This document shows, piece after piece, positions 40,282 to 50,733 of a DNA stretch of 64,000 nucleotides. The notes beneath the pieces are model-generated. The model was not told where the DNA came from. It searched no databases and saw only the letters and a program-made list of their open reading frames with translations. Numbering within the stretch: position 1 is the stretch's first letter; each line of letters starts with the position of its first letter. The position numbers and the translations under genes are program-made. Source of the stretch: an uncultured delta proteobacterium (lineage in GTDB: Bacteria > Desulfobacterota > Desulfobacteria > Desulfobacterales > JAFDCJ01); assembly GCA_963769935.1 (NCBI GenBank), contig CAVYNY010000017.1, positions 64,001 to 128,000 on the forward strand, written 5' to 3'.

Positions 40282-41679
40282 ATGAAAAGGCTTTTTTATA
40301 TCGTCGCGCTTACGGCTGCAGCTGCCGGCATGACGGCAACCTGGACCAGGGTCGCCGCTGCCCAAAGCACGGGAAATTTTCCCAAAGACAAGGAGTTTCG
40401 CATTGTGCGCAGCATGCCGCCGCAGGCGGTCGCCTGCCTGGAATGCCATAAGGCGGAACATCCCGGCATTTTCGACGACTGGGCCCAGAGCCGGCATGCC
40501 AGCGCCAACATTACCTGCTACGACTGCCACAAGGCCGAAGAGTTTGATCCGGACGTCAGCCAGGAGCACTATAAGCAGTATGAGCGCTCCGATACAAAAT
40601 ACGGCACCCGGGAATACAAAGTGCCGGTGACGGCGGCCGTAAGCCCCAAGGATTGTTCCCGCTGCCACCCGGATGAGGTGCTGGAATACAGCCGGAGCAA
40701 ACATGCCAATACCCTGGAGATCATCTGGAAAATCGATCCCTGGCTGAACAAGGGCATGAACAGCGATCTCGAAAGGACGACCGGATGTTACGTGTGTCAT
40801 GGTACCATTCTAAAACAAAAAGAGGGTGCCTTGGATCCGGCGACCTGGCCGAATGCGGGCGTGGGGCGGCTTAATTTCGACGGCAGCAAGGGCAGCTGCA
40901 CCTCCTGCCACACGCGGCACCGCTTCGCGGTCATGGAAGCGCGCAAACCGGAGGCCTGCGGCCAGTGCCACCTGGGACCCGATCATCCTCAGATCGAAAT
41001 CTATATGGAATCCAAGCACGGCGATATTTACACGGCGCACGGCAACTCCTACAACTGGAATGCCGCCCCGGGCACCTGGACACCGGGGGTCGACTACCGC
41101 GCGCCGACCTGCGCCGTCTGCCATATTTCGGGCGCCGGCCCGGTGCTGACAAGCCATGACGTTACCGAGCGGCTGGCCTGGGAAACCCAGGCGCCGTTGA
41201 CCGTTCGACCCAGTGATTTCAAACCCTTTCCCGCCAAGACGAATTACGAAGTCGAGCGCAAAAAAATGAAGGCCATTTGCCTGCAATGCCACGGCGACAC
41301 CTGGGTGAACGGCCATTTTGTCAGACTGGATGAGGTCGTTGCAGAATACAATGACGTTTACTACCAGCCGGCCAAAAAGATGCTTGATGATTTATATGCC
41401 AAGGGTTTGCTGGACAATACCAAATACTTTGACGAGCGCCTGGAATGGGAGTTTTACGAGTTGTGGCATCACGAAGGGCGCCGGGCGCGTTTCGGCGCCG
41501 CCATGATGGCGCCGGACTACGCCTGGTGGCACGGCTTCTACGAGTGCAAAAAACGCTTTATTAACTTCTTTGAGGAGGCCGATAACCTGATCAAGCACAA
41601 CCAGAAGGCCTATCGGGCCATGGATTTTCCGGCTGCCACGGGCAACACCAAGCGGCCGGTAGAATTATTTCCGGAATAG
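40282..41679 (+). CDS. Octaheme hydroxylamine-oxidoreductase-family cytochrome c (probably reductive type)
   Basis: Signal peptide; eight CxxCH motifs; TRHRF, CGQCHLGPDHPQIEIY..SKHG and APDYAWWHG motifs. Confidence 0.88.
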   Translation: MKRLFYIVALTAAAAGMTATWTRVAAAQSTGNFPKDKEFRIVRSMPPQAVACLECHKAEHPGIFDDWAQSRHASANITCYDCHKAEEFDPDVSQEHYKQYERSDTKYGTREYKVPVTAAVSPKDCSRCHPDEVLEYSRSKHANTLEIIWKIDPWLNKGMNSDLERTTGCYVCHGTILKQKEGALDPATWPNAGVGRLNFDGSKGSCTSCHTRHRFAVMEARKPEACGQCHLGPDHPQIEIYMESKHGDIYTAHGNSYNWNAAPGTWTPGVDYRAPTCAVCHISGAGPVLTSHDVTERLAWETQAPLTVRPSDFKPFPAKTNYEVERKKMKAICLQCHGDTWVNGHFVRLDEVVAEYNDVYYQPAKKMLDDLYAKGLLDNTKYFDERLEWEFYELWHHEGRRARFGAAMMAPDYAWWHGFYECKKRFINFFEEADNLIKHNQKAYRAMDFPAATGNTKRPVELFPE

Positions 41680-41710
41680 CCAAAAGCCCTCTTGCCAAAC
41701 AGCTCTTTAA

Positions 41711-41750
41711 AAAAACTTCGCTCCAAAAAGCTTTGGAGCGGAGTTTTTCT
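41711..41750 (+). terminator. Rho-independent terminator, possibly bidirectional
   Basis: AAAAACTTCGCTCCAAA-aagc-TTTGGAGCGGAGTTTTT. Confidence 0.8.
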
Positions 41751-42128
41751 ATTTTAAACCGTGTACGCAAGCCTATTTCAGAATCGAGACCGTGAAACCA
41801 CTGCTAATTATTCCGCGCTTTCTTCAATCTTCAAGGAACAACCTAAGATTGAAAGCACTGTTTTTGGGGACGGATTAATCAAGCTTTTGTTTTTATATCC
41901 TCAGGTGCCCGGCGCACGGTCCAGGGTTGACGATAACTAAATCAATGGGTAAGAATACAAGGGTAGGCGTTAGTCGGAAACACATATGATACCGCCAAAA
42001 TTTTTTATGCAAATCAGCGACTAGGGGCAGAGCGTGGTCTCGGCCCCTCCCAGGGGCCTGCCTTGTACCCCCAGCTCTGCTGGCGGTCGCTGATTTATCA
42101 GGAAAATAATCGAAAGGGATAAGTATTT

Positions 42129-45100
42129 TTGCAGTTCATTTTAACTCTCGTTTATTTGATCTTTTTTTTGTCGGGTGCGGCCGCCCTGATGTATGAAGTG
42201 GTTTGGGTTCGTTCACTAAGCCTTATTTTCGGTGGAACCCACCTGGCCGTGACCAGCGTTTTGTCTGTTTTTATGGGAGGTCTGGCGCTGGGTAGTTTTT
42301 TAATCGGCAAGCGTGTCGATGCGGTCAAAAACCCGTTAAGATTATACGGCTTGCTGGAAATCGGCATCGCCCTGTCCGCCGTAATATTCATTTTTTTGAT
42401 GAAAATTTATCCCGCGATATATATCGTTTTGGTGCAGGGGAAGGAAAATGCGGGTTTATATCTTATATTCATCCGGGTCTTGTTTGCCTTGACCGTCTTG
42501 ATTTGGCCCACAACCCTGATGGGTGGGACGCTTCCCCTGCTGACGCGGTTTGTTTCAAGCCGCCCTGAAAAGCTCGGGGGACAACTATCCTTCCTTTACG
42601 GATTTAACACCCTGGGAGCCGTTGTCGGTACGGCAGCAGCCGGCTTTTGGCTGCTGCGATTTTATTCAGTCAGCACAACGCTCTATATCGCCATTCTGAT
42701 CAACAGCCTTATCGGGATTCTGAGCATTGTGATTGCGCCTAAGGCATCGATCGCGCCGGACCGTTTAACAATGGGTCCGAATTATGCCGATTTGAACGGC
42801 GTTGGTAAAACTTTGCACCAGGCAGCAACACCCAGCGAACTCGAGATCCGATTTCCATTCAGGGTCGTTTTCCTGGGGATTGGAATCAGTGGTTTTTGTG
42901 CGCTGGGCTATGAGGTGCTTTGGACCAGAATCCTTACTCTAACCATCGGTACGAGTGTTTACGGCTTTACCATCATGCTGGTGGCCTTTTTGACGGGCAT
43001 CGCTTTTGGCAGCAAAGCCTACGGGCTTTTACAAAAGTTGCTGCCCTCTAAGGCTATGGGTACGAAAAATCAAATTGTCGGGTTCGGTTTGGTACAGGGC
43101 AGCATAGGTGTTTGCGCCCTGGTTATAACGTATTACGTGCGCGATCTGCCGGTCAACTCTATTAACCTGTATGAATTTTTTGTGGGCCGGGGATTTGAGG
43201 TATTTGCTGCCCGGCAATGGGCGAATCTGACCCTCGCCTTTTCTTATATGGTTGTGCCGGCTTTCTTTATGGGTCTGGCCTTTCCGATCGCAGGCAGCGT
43301 GAATGCCATATATAGAAAGAAGGCAGGCCATGCGATTGGAGATGTACTGGCAGTCAATACAGTAGGTGCGATTTTCGGGTCGGCAGTGAGCGGATATTTC
43401 CTGATATATATCTTTGGCATCGAGCGCTCCCTCCAGCTCTTAACCGTTCTCAATATCGGACTGGGACTGCTGGTAATGTTGAGTATTCGGAACATCAAAC
43501 TGCTGAATCGGGGAGTGGTTGCGCTGACGGCGGCCGTCCTGGTGCTGCTGATTCTGCGTCCCAATTTTATGAGAATGTGGGACGCGGAATTTTTTGCTAT
43601 ATTCCAGAACAATCTGCCCGATGCCTACGACACCCTTGCGAAGAAACGGGACGCCGTTGAAAATACCAACGTTCTCTTTTATCGTGAAGGTGTCGATTCG
43701 ACCATCAGCTCCATCAAGATCAAGGGCGGGATTCAAGCATTGCTGGTAAACGGGAAAGTCGTTGCGTCCTCGTCCGCGCAGGACCGCCAATGCCAACTGA
43801 CCCTGGGGCATCTGCCGATGCTCTTGCACAAAGATCCTCGTAAAATACTTGTCATTGGATTAGGTACCGGTATGACGCTGGGAGCAGTTTCAGTCCACCC
43901 AAATCTTGAGGAATTGACTCTGGTGGAAATTGAGCCCAATGTTATCGGAGCCGCCAGAACCTTTGCAAATTTTAACAACCACGTACTGGAAAATCCCAAA
44001 CTGCAGATTGTATTTAACGACGGGCGGAATTTTTTAACGACCACCAAAAACAAATATGATGTGATTACCGCCGATCCGATTCATCCATGGACCCAGGGCT
44101 CGGGATATCTTTATACGGCCGAGTATTTTAATTTAGCCTCGCAACATCTTCTCCCCGGGGGCATCATGTGCCAGTGGCTGCCGATTTATGAGTTGAGCGT
44201 AGCTGATCTCAAGTCTGTCACCAGAACCTTTGCCCTGAGTTTTAGGTATACCATGGCCTGGATGACCCAGTACGACGCCGAGCTGATCGGAAGCAATGAG
44301 CCGATTATTATCAATGAGGCGGAACTGGAAAGGCGCATTGCCCGGCCGCCGATCTCAAAAGATTTGGAACCGGTGATGATGGGCACAGCAACCGATTTCC
44401 TCAGTTATTTTGTAATGGGCAGCAAAGCAGTCACAGAATTCAGCCGGAACGGAATCATCAACACGGACGATAACTTATACCTTGAATTTTCAACTCCGGT
44501 TTCGGTAGGAAAAGATGTTATGCAAACCAATGCCAATGCAATCGCTCAATATCAAGAGGATATTTTTCCCTATCTTCTCCCGGCCGGAGACGATGCGGCT
44601 CGAGAACAGCAAAGAAAAAAGTGGAGAGACGCCACTGAAGCTGCCGTGATCGCCGATCGGGCGCGGGCGCTCTTTTTGGGAGGACATTATGACAGCCCGA
44701 AATTCCGGCAGGCATTGGCAGTTCTGGATAATAAATACCCATGGTTTGCACCCGGAAGGTTTTTAAAGCAGCAATACGAGGCCGAACTCTCAAAGGTGCC
44801 GAGCCTGCTTCAAAATATTTCCTTAATTCTCCTGAACGAAAAGGGAGCGCCGATCAGACTGGTAATATCAGCTGTGATTGTGCGCGTCAGCAAAGTGAGG
44901 GCGGCTGCCGTCTTTGTCGACAATGCCGCTCGAGACATCTACGGGCAGAGGTATTTTTCCGGCAGCGATCTGGATAAGACCATAGCGGGATACGTATCCG
45001 GCGTGATGGCTGCGATACGCTCCATCTATGAGCGGGAAACCCAAATTGCCGTCAGCCGGGGAAGAAAATTTCCGGCTGCTGATCCTACCAAGAAGAAGAT

Positions 45101-45146
45101 AAGGGGTGTGATCCTAGAAAAAATTCAGGCAGCCGGCGATTTCTGA
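42129..45146 (+). CDS. Fused membrane (MFS-like) / spermidine-synthase-like protein
   Basis: LSGAAALMYEVVW repeated as ISGFCALGYEVLW; ILVIGLGTG, VEIEP, NDGRNFL and YDVITADP SAM-binding motifs. Confidence 0.88.
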   Translation: MQFILTLVYLIFFLSGAAALMYEVVWVRSLSLIFGGTHLAVTSVLSVFMGGLALGSFLIGKRVDAVKNPLRLYGLLEIGIALSAVIFIFLMKIYPAIYIVLVQGKENAGLYLIFIRVLFALTVLIWPTTLMGGTLPLLTRFVSSRPEKLGGQLSFLYGFNTLGAVVGTAAAGFWLLRFYSVSTTLYIAILINSLIGILSIVIAPKASIAPDRLTMGPNYADLNGVGKTLHQAATPSELEIRFPFRVVFLGIGISGFCALGYEVLWTRILTLTIGTSVYGFTIMLVAFLTGIAFGSKAYGLLQKLLPSKAMGTKNQIVGFGLVQGSIGVCALVITYYVRDLPVNSINLYEFFVGRGFEVFAARQWANLTLAFSYMVVPAFFMGLAFPIAGSVNAIYRKKAGHAIGDVLAVNTVGAIFGSAVSGYFLIYIFGIERSLQLLTVLNIGLGLLVMLSIRNIKLLNRGVVALTAAVLVLLILRPNFMRMWDAEFFAIFQNNLPDAYDTLAKKRDAVENTNVLFYREGVDSTISSIKIKGGIQALLVNGKVVASSSAQDRQCQLTLGHLPMLLHKDPRKILVIGLGTGMTLGAVSVHPNLEELTLVEIEPNVIGAARTFANFNNHVLENPKLQIVFNDGRNFLTTTKNKYDVITADPIHPWTQGSGYLYTAEYFNLASQHLLPGGIMCQWLPIYELSVADLKSVTRTFALSFRYTMAWMTQYDAELIGSNEPIIINEAELERRIARPPISKDLEPVMMGTATDFLSYFVMGSKAVTEFSRNGIINTDDNLYLEFSTPVSVGKDVMQTNANAIAQYQEDIFPYLLPAGDDAAREQQRKKWRDATEAAVIADRARALFLGGHYDSPKFRQALAVLDNKYPWFAPGRFLKQQYEAELSKVPSLLQNISLILLNEKGAPIRLVISAVIVRVSKVRAAAVFVDNAARDIYGQRYFSGSDLDKTIAGYVSGVMAAIRSIYERETQIAVSRGRKFPAADPTKKKIRGVILEKIQAAGDF

Positions 45147-45164
45147 TCCGTTTGATCGATCGGG

Positions 45165-45476
45165 TTAGGTTTCCTGCAATACTTCATCCACCCATTGCAG
45201 AGCGGCAATCATATTGGGGAAACCCGTCGTCGTTAATGATAGCAGAACTGCATGCATAATTTCATCGGCGGAGGCGCCGGAGTCCAATGCCTTGCGCGTG
45301 TGAGACATGACCGCGCCCCTTGAATTGGCACCGACGGCAATACCGAGTTTGATGAGATCCTGGCATTTGGGATCCAGGGGGCCTGCGGCGCGGCAGGTTT
45401 GGCCCAGTTGTTTGAAATCTTTTAAAACTTCGGGAAATTTGCGGGAAAACTTTTCGTAGATTTTCGGAAGATACAT
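45165..45476 (-). CDS. Carboxymuconolactone decarboxylase / AhpD-like protein
   Basis: GPLDPKCQDLIKLGIA, VMSHTRKALDSGAS and TTGFP motifs; GGAG RBS. Confidence 0.85.
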   Translation of the reverse strand: MYLPKIYEKFSRKFPEVLKDFKQLGQTCRAAGPLDPKCQDLIKLGIAVGANSRGAVMSHTRKALDSGASADEIMHAVLLSLTTTGFPNMIAALQWVDEVLQET

Positions 45477-45575
45477 AATGGCTCCTCTCTGAGAAAGATT
45501 CATAAGCACGCGCGAAGCATCCCTATTGGATAAATCCGAAATAACAGCCAGTCTTTCAAATGCAAATGACAAAAA

Positions 45576-46685
45576 TTATTCGGATAGCAGTACCACCGAA
45601 TAACTGTTAAACAATGCCCAAACTTCATCCCCTTCCACAAGTGCAAGACGTCTGCAGCTTTCACTCGTCACAATTGAACACACCTCAGTCCCATCCGAAA
45701 TGCGGATGATATATTCCGTATTGATTTCACCCTCGGTGATTTTTTCAACAACTCCTTTGAACATATTGTCTGCGCTGCATCCTTGTCCATTGCCACTTTT
45801 CTGCAATATCACCCACGGCGCTTTGATCTCGGCCGTTGTCAGCTTGCCCACCTTCAGGTCAAGCCGCTGCAAGCTATCGTTCGTGATAACCGTAGTGACG
45901 CGGTGTCCGCTTATGGTCACCAGTTCGACGCGGGTTTGGATGTCGCCCTTCTGAATAGTTTGGATCTTGCCGCAGAAAGAGTTTCTCGCGCTGGTTTTGC
46001 GCCTGGATTCCCTTTCCATGAAAAGCTTAGCAACTTGCTGGATTTCGTTTTCGGAAAAGGTAACATAAGACGAGGTCAGATTGGGCGTCGAATGTCCCAA
46101 CATCATTTGGACTGCCGGCAGGGGCATGTTGCCCTGCATTAATTCCACCGCCCGTGCCCTGCGAATCATCTCCGGGCCGCCTAACCGCTTGGAAAAACCG
46201 CAGGCTTGGGCGCGTTCGTAAAACTTACGGCGCACAAAACCGGGATCGACAGCGAGCATGTCCGGAGGCACCTCCTGAAAGGCAGGATCTGCCAGCATGT
46301 CTCGGAGTTCGTTGGAGAGTGCTTCCGAGATCTGAACCTCCCTTGGATGAGATTGTATGCCAATGCTCGTGGCACGAAAGAACAACGCATGCCGAGCCGG
46401 ATCGATGTCCTGCAGCGGATTCAGCGCCAAAACCTCGTTCAGCTTGGCACCCGTGTAGCGGATCAAAAGAAAAATGATCAAAATACGCCGGCGGGAAAAG
46501 CGGATATCGGCACGCGGGGAACTATCCGTCCATTCACGAAAGGAATCCTCCATCAAATCGAGTTGGGTGGTATCCAGGCACTGCTCTTCATCTGGAATCG
46601 AGACGATGCGTCCATGGTTCATGCTTTTTGATACTGATATCCTTGATACAGGACTCATTTGTTTGGTTTTTGGTTTTGGTTTCAT
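45576..46685 (-). CDS. tunR: TunR-like regulator: tyrosine-recombinase-like DNA-binding domain plus two TOBE domains
   Basis: YTGAKLNE..VQMMLGHSTPNLTSSY followed by KTSARNSF and SADNMFKG TOBE repeats; divergent from a molybdate-type transporter. Confidence 0.82.
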   Translation of the reverse strand: MKPKPKTKQMSPVSRISVSKSMNHGRIVSIPDEEQCLDTTQLDLMEDSFREWTDSSPRADIRFSRRRILIIFLLIRYTGAKLNEVLALNPLQDIDPARHALFFRATSIGIQSHPREVQISEALSNELRDMLADPAFQEVPPDMLAVDPGFVRRKFYERAQACGFSKRLGGPEMIRRARAVELMQGNMPLPAVQMMLGHSTPNLTSSYVTFSENEIQQVAKLFMERESRRKTSARNSFCGKIQTIQKGDIQTRVELVTISGHRVTTVITNDSLQRLDLKVGKLTTAEIKAPWVILQKSGNGQGCSADNMFKGVVEKITEGEINTEYIIRISDGTEVCSIVTSESCRRLALVEGDEVWALFNSYSVVLLSE

Positions 46686-46800
46686 GGGACTGCGCTACCG
46701 GTCATGCCCGTTTAGCTGCATTTCACTATTCTTAACATATCCACCCCATACAGCGCCAGGCCAAAAACAACTTGACAGGCCTCGAATATCCTGGTACCCA

Positions 46801-46830
46801 TGGACACGATAATAATTATTTTCGTGATCG
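46801..46830. promoter_or_regulatory. Candidate TunR binding site
   Basis: TGGACACG-N14-CGTGATCG, matching the CGGTCACG-N14-(c/g)GTGACCG-type motif of deltaproteobacterial Mo/W regulons. Confidence 0.7.
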
Positions 46831-46938
46831 TTGCAACCAAAATTGAGGTTGACCGCCATGCCAGACAACCATCGGGTTCGAGTTGTAATGTGCGCCAAAC
46901 TGGTACACCAGTCTTTTTTCAACTGAATGGGAGGATCC

Positions 46939-48138
46939 ATGTCCGAACGATATAGGTTTGATCGAATGGAACTGGCCGGGTCTTTGGGGGATCTCGGGAC
47001 ACTGCTGCCCATCGCCATCGCCATGGTTCTTTTCAACGGCCTCAACCCGCTGGGTCTATTTTTAAGCATCGGGGCCTACTACATCATTTCCGGTATTTAT
47101 TTCGGGATTACGGTTCCGGTTCAGCCGATGAAGGTTATCGGTGCCTATGCGATTGCCACATCCATGAGTCCCAACCAGATTCTGGCTTCATCCCTTCTCA
47201 TGGGGATTTTTCTTTTGATCATCGGGCTGACCGGGGCCATTGACGTCATCCGCAAGGTTACCCCTAAATCGGTCATTCGCGGGGTGCAATTGTCCACCGG
47301 AGCACTGCTGATTTCCGGCGGCATCAAGTTCCTGATCGGGACCTCGAAATTTCAGGCCCTTCAGAATGCAGTGGAACCGTATCTCGCCTTTCAGTTCATC
47401 GGCCCCATACCCGTCAGCCTGGTTATTGGCGGCATCAGCGGCATCATCACGCTGCTGCTGTTGGATAATAGAAAATTCCCGGCCGGCTTGATTGTAGTGG
47501 CGGGTGGACTCATAACGGGCATGGCATTGGGCGCCAAAATCAACCCGAGCCGTGGCGGCATTGCCTTTAACGTTCCGGAAATTCTCCCCTTCGGATTTCC
47601 GGGGAAGGCCGATTTCACCTTTGCCCTATTTGCCCTGGTGCTGCCTCAACTTCCGATGACGCTGGGTAACGCGGTATTGGCGTATACGGATCTTTCAAAG
47701 GAGTATTTTGGAGAACGGTCGGCCAAGCTCACCAATCGAAAGGCCTGCGTGAGTATGGCTCTGGCCAATTTTTTCAGCTTTTGCCTGGGTGGCATGCCGC
47801 TTTGCCACGGTGCCGGGGGACTGGCGGCGCATTATCGTTTCGGCGCACGAACGGCAGGGTCCAATTTGATGATTGGACTGCTCTTCGCGGTGTTGGCGAT
47901 CGTTCTCGGCAACAATATCGTCAGCGTTTTAAACCTGCTGCCCATGTCAATCCTAGGTGTCCTGCTCATGTTTGCGGGCTCCCAGTTGACACTCACCATT
48001 ATGGACCTGGACAATCGCAAAGACTATTATGTCGCGACTTTGATTCTTGGCATCACCCTGGCGTCCAATCTTGCGGCGGGTTTTATCGCAGGGATGATCA
48101 TTGCCCATCTTCTCAGATGGAACAAACTATCCGTTTAG
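46939..48138 (+). CDS. Putative sulfate/molybdate transporter (MOT1-like)
   Basis: ELAGSLGDLGTLLP, PVQPMK, PQLPMTLGN and GGMPLCHGAGGLAAHYRFGART motifs. Confidence 0.9.
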   Translation: MSERYRFDRMELAGSLGDLGTLLPIAIAMVLFNGLNPLGLFLSIGAYYIISGIYFGITVPVQPMKVIGAYAIATSMSPNQILASSLLMGIFLLIIGLTGAIDVIRKVTPKSVIRGVQLSTGALLISGGIKFLIGTSKFQALQNAVEPYLAFQFIGPIPVSLVIGGISGIITLLLLDNRKFPAGLIVVAGGLITGMALGAKINPSRGGIAFNVPEILPFGFPGKADFTFALFALVLPQLPMTLGNAVLAYTDLSKEYFGERSAKLTNRKACVSMALANFFSFCLGGMPLCHGAGGLAAHYRFGARTAGSNLMIGLLFAVLAIVLGNNIVSVLNLLPMSILGVLLMFAGSQLTLTIMDLDNRKDYYVATLILGITLASNLAAGFIAGMIIAHLLRWNKLSV

Positions 48139-48176
48139 GAGCTGGCAAGTAATCCAGCAGGGTGAGACGGGAAAAT

Positions 48177-48830
48177 TCATTTCAAGCACCTGGCTACGAG
48201 AACATCCGAAGGAATGCCCCATGACACCACAGTTGTGTTGTTTTTGATTACCCACTGATGCTCGGAAATAAAGCAGGCCACCTCGATTGGTCGGCAGCCT
48301 CCCACCAGAGATGGATTTAAACTGTGAATCGCTCGCCAAACGGCGATAATTGCACGGGAGACCGCACCTTGGCCAAACGTCAGGCTTGTCACGCACAGAA
48401 GGCCATTGTTCTTGAGGATTCGATAGGCCTCATTGACAACTGCCCGGATTTGGTCCGGGGGAAGAAGATCAAGGACATAATTTGAAATGAATCGGTCGCA
48501 GCTGCCGTCCTCAGCCGGCACTTCCGCAGATCCGCTCGTCAGTGTGACGGAAGCGCGATTTTTGAATCCATTCAAACGGCGCTTCGTTAAGTCCACCATG
48601 GTGGCGCTTATGTCGAAACCGTGGTAGCCGGCATCGGTCGGGAGACACTCATTGAACAACCGCAGCGCAAAGCGGCCGGTCCCGCAGCCGAATTCGACGA
48701 TATCATGAGCATTTTCAAAATCCCCGAATTCAACCAGCTGATCAAGGGCCGGGTTTTCGTAAAAGGATTGGGTGTCTTGTTTGCGTCCGAAACGGTCGTA
48801 AAAACGCCGCGCCTGCTCCGGTGTAAACAT
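48177..48830 (-). CDS. Class I SAM-dependent methyltransferase
   Basis: VEFGCGTG and GFDISATM motifs. Confidence 0.88.
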   Translation of the reverse strand: MFTPEQARRFYDRFGRKQDTQSFYENPALDQLVEFGDFENAHDIVEFGCGTGRFALRLFNECLPTDAGYHGFDISATMVDLTKRRLNGFKNRASVTLTSGSAEVPAEDGSCDRFISNYVLDLLPPDQIRAVVNEAYRILKNNGLLCVTSLTFGQGAVSRAIIAVWRAIHSLNPSLVGGCRPIEVACFISEHQWVIKNNTTVVSWGIPSDVLVARCLK

Positions 48831-48881
48831 GGCTGCAATTCTCCTCTCTATGCAAGCTGTCGGCTACAGGCGACAGGCTTT

Positions 48882-49967
48882 TCAAGGCTCGCAAGTGACA
48901 TGGCACACGCCGGTGGGAGTTTCGATGCTGAACGGAAAATATTTGCGTTTGAACCACAGCGCGACATTGACCAGGCTGATCAATACCGGCACTTCCACCA
49001 GGGGACCGATCACAGCCGCAAAGGCCTGGCCCGAATCGATGCCGAACACCGCCACCGCCACGGCGATGGCCAGCTCGAAGTTGTTGGAGGCCGCCGTGAA
49101 GCTCAGGGTGGCGGCCTGCTCATAGGTGGCGCCCACTTTCATGGAAAGATAAAACGACACGAAGAACATGATCACGAAATAGATGCACAGCGGAACCGCC
49201 ACCCGCACCACATCCAGCGGCAGCTGCACGATGTATTCTCCCTTCAGCGAAAACATCACCAGGATCGTAAACAGCAGCGCGATCAAGGTGATGGGGCTGA
49301 TCCTGGGAATGAATTTTTGTTCATACCATTCCCGGCCTTTGGTTTTCAGCCCCACCCAACGCGAAATCATCCCGCCGATGAAGGGAATTCCGAGATAGAT
49401 GAACACGCTTTCGGCGATCTGACCAATTGAAATCTCGACCACGGCGCCCTTCAGACCCAGCCACTGGGGCACCAGCGTGATAAAAAAATAGGCATACACC
49501 GAGAAAAACAGCACCTGGAAAATGGAGTTGAACGCCACCAGCCCGGCGCAGTATTCACGGTCGCCTGCCGCCAGATCATTCCAGACGATCACCATGGCAA
49601 TGCAGCGCGCCAGGCCGATCAGAATCAGGCCCACCATGTATTCGTGCCGGCCGGAGAGGAAGGTGATCGCAAGTAAAAACATCAGAATTGGACCGATCAC
49701 CCAGTTCTGTATCAGCGACAGGCCCAGCACCTTCACATTGCGAAATACCCGGGGCAGCTGCTCGTATTTAACCTTGGCCAGGGGCGGATACATCATCAGG
49801 ATCAGCCCGATGGCAATGGGGATATTGGTGGTGCCCACCTGGAAGTAGTTGATTACCTCCCGGACGCCCGGAAACAGGTAGCCCCACATCACTCCGGCGA
49901 ACATAGCCAGAAAAATCCACAGGGTCAAAAAGCGGTCCAGAAACGAAAGACGTTTAATCTCGGACAT
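48882..49967 (-). CDS. acr3: ACR3-family arsenite efflux transporter
   Basis: [39 protein letters not shown] and GPLVEVP motifs. Confidence 0.95.
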   Translation of the reverse strand: MSEIKRLSFLDRFLTLWIFLAMFAGVMWGYLFPGVREVINYFQVGTTNIPIAIGLILMMYPPLAKVKYEQLPRVFRNVKVLGLSLIQNWVIGPILMFLLAITFLSGRHEYMVGLILIGLARCIAMVIVWNDLAAGDREYCAGLVAFNSIFQVLFFSVYAYFFITLVPQWLGLKGAVVEISIGQIAESVFIYLGIPFIGGMISRWVGLKTKGREWYEQKFIPRISPITLIALLFTILVMFSLKGEYIVQLPLDVVRVAVPLCIYFVIMFFVSFYLSMKVGATYEQAATLSFTAASNNFELAIAVAVAVFGIDSGQAFAAVIGPLVEVPVLISLVNVALWFKRKYFPFSIETPTGVCHVTCEP

Positions 49968-50006
49968 GGCTGTCTCCTTACTCCATCATCTGAGTTCTGA
50001 TTCGGT

Positions 50007-50373
50007 TCAGCTTTTATGATAATTCTTACACAACTCCTCCTTGTCCGTCTCCAGGATCTGCTCCAGGCGGATTGCGTCCTGCCGGACTCTGACAGAGCGA
50101 TTCAATGATCTGCTAACCCACGCGATGGCTTCTTTAATTTCCGGCGGTGCGTCAGGGCCTGCTGAACGATAGTACATCCAGCGTCCTTTTTTCCGGCCGG
50201 AAACCAGCCGCGCCTGGCGCAGGATGGACATGTGTTTGGAAACCGTTGAAGGCGCCAGTTCGAGAAGCTCGATAAGCTGGCAAACGCACAACTCTTCTCC
50301 GTTTCAAAGCCAGCAGGATCCGCAGCCGGTTTTCTTCAGCCAGGGCCTTTGTGATGTTTAAGAATTCAAGCAT
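50007..50373 (-). CDS. arsR: ArsR-family repressor, frameshifted near 50300
   Basis: MLEFLNITKALAEENRLRILLAL joined to ELCVCQLIELLELAPSTVSKHMSIL in adjacent frames. Confidence 0.85.
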
Positions 50374-50384
50374 GCAGCTGTTCC

Positions 50385-50431
50385 TATTTCGTTATGTGGC
50401 GAAATATAAAATTAAGAATTGGTCATGTCAA
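50385..50431 (-). promoter_or_regulatory. arsR promoter with overlapping 7-8-7 operator
   Basis: Minus strand TTGACA-17 bp-TATATT; inverted repeat TATTTCG-N8-CGAAATA at 50385-50406. Confidence 0.75.
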
Positions 50432-50733
50432 GCCGCATAATAAAAAAAATCAGGCGGCAGGCGCACCGGTGTGTTCCGCCGCTGGTGGGACTCGATTTGG
50501 CCGTATCAATTCAATATTTGCGTAAACGTCAAGGTTGCCGATAGATTTCAATTTTGCTGACCGGTTGCAAATCTTTTTAACATGAAATATGTTGCCTCCG
50601 AAGTTTGAAGACGACGGCGGGAAGCTTCGGCCTGGTTATGGCGGCACCGTTTCAGGCGCTTAAAAGAAAAGTTAAGGAGGATTTCTTACTTGGGCGGCAT
50701 TAAAATCATTTTGCAGTCACGGAAACGGCAACA

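Noticed and set aside
40282..41679. Evidence for ammonia oxidation or anammox
   Set aside because: No amo, cycA or hzs genes in the window; sequence and context fit reductive HAO-like proteins.
45576..46685. Phage integrase marking a mobile element
   Set aside because: Catalytic Arg and HxxR are altered, TOBE domains are fused, and a TunR-type site is adjacent; it fits a regulator.
48177..48830. ArsM arsenite methyltransferase
   Set aside because: Next to acr3 but short and lacking a recognisable ArsM cysteine pattern; left as a generic methyltransferase.
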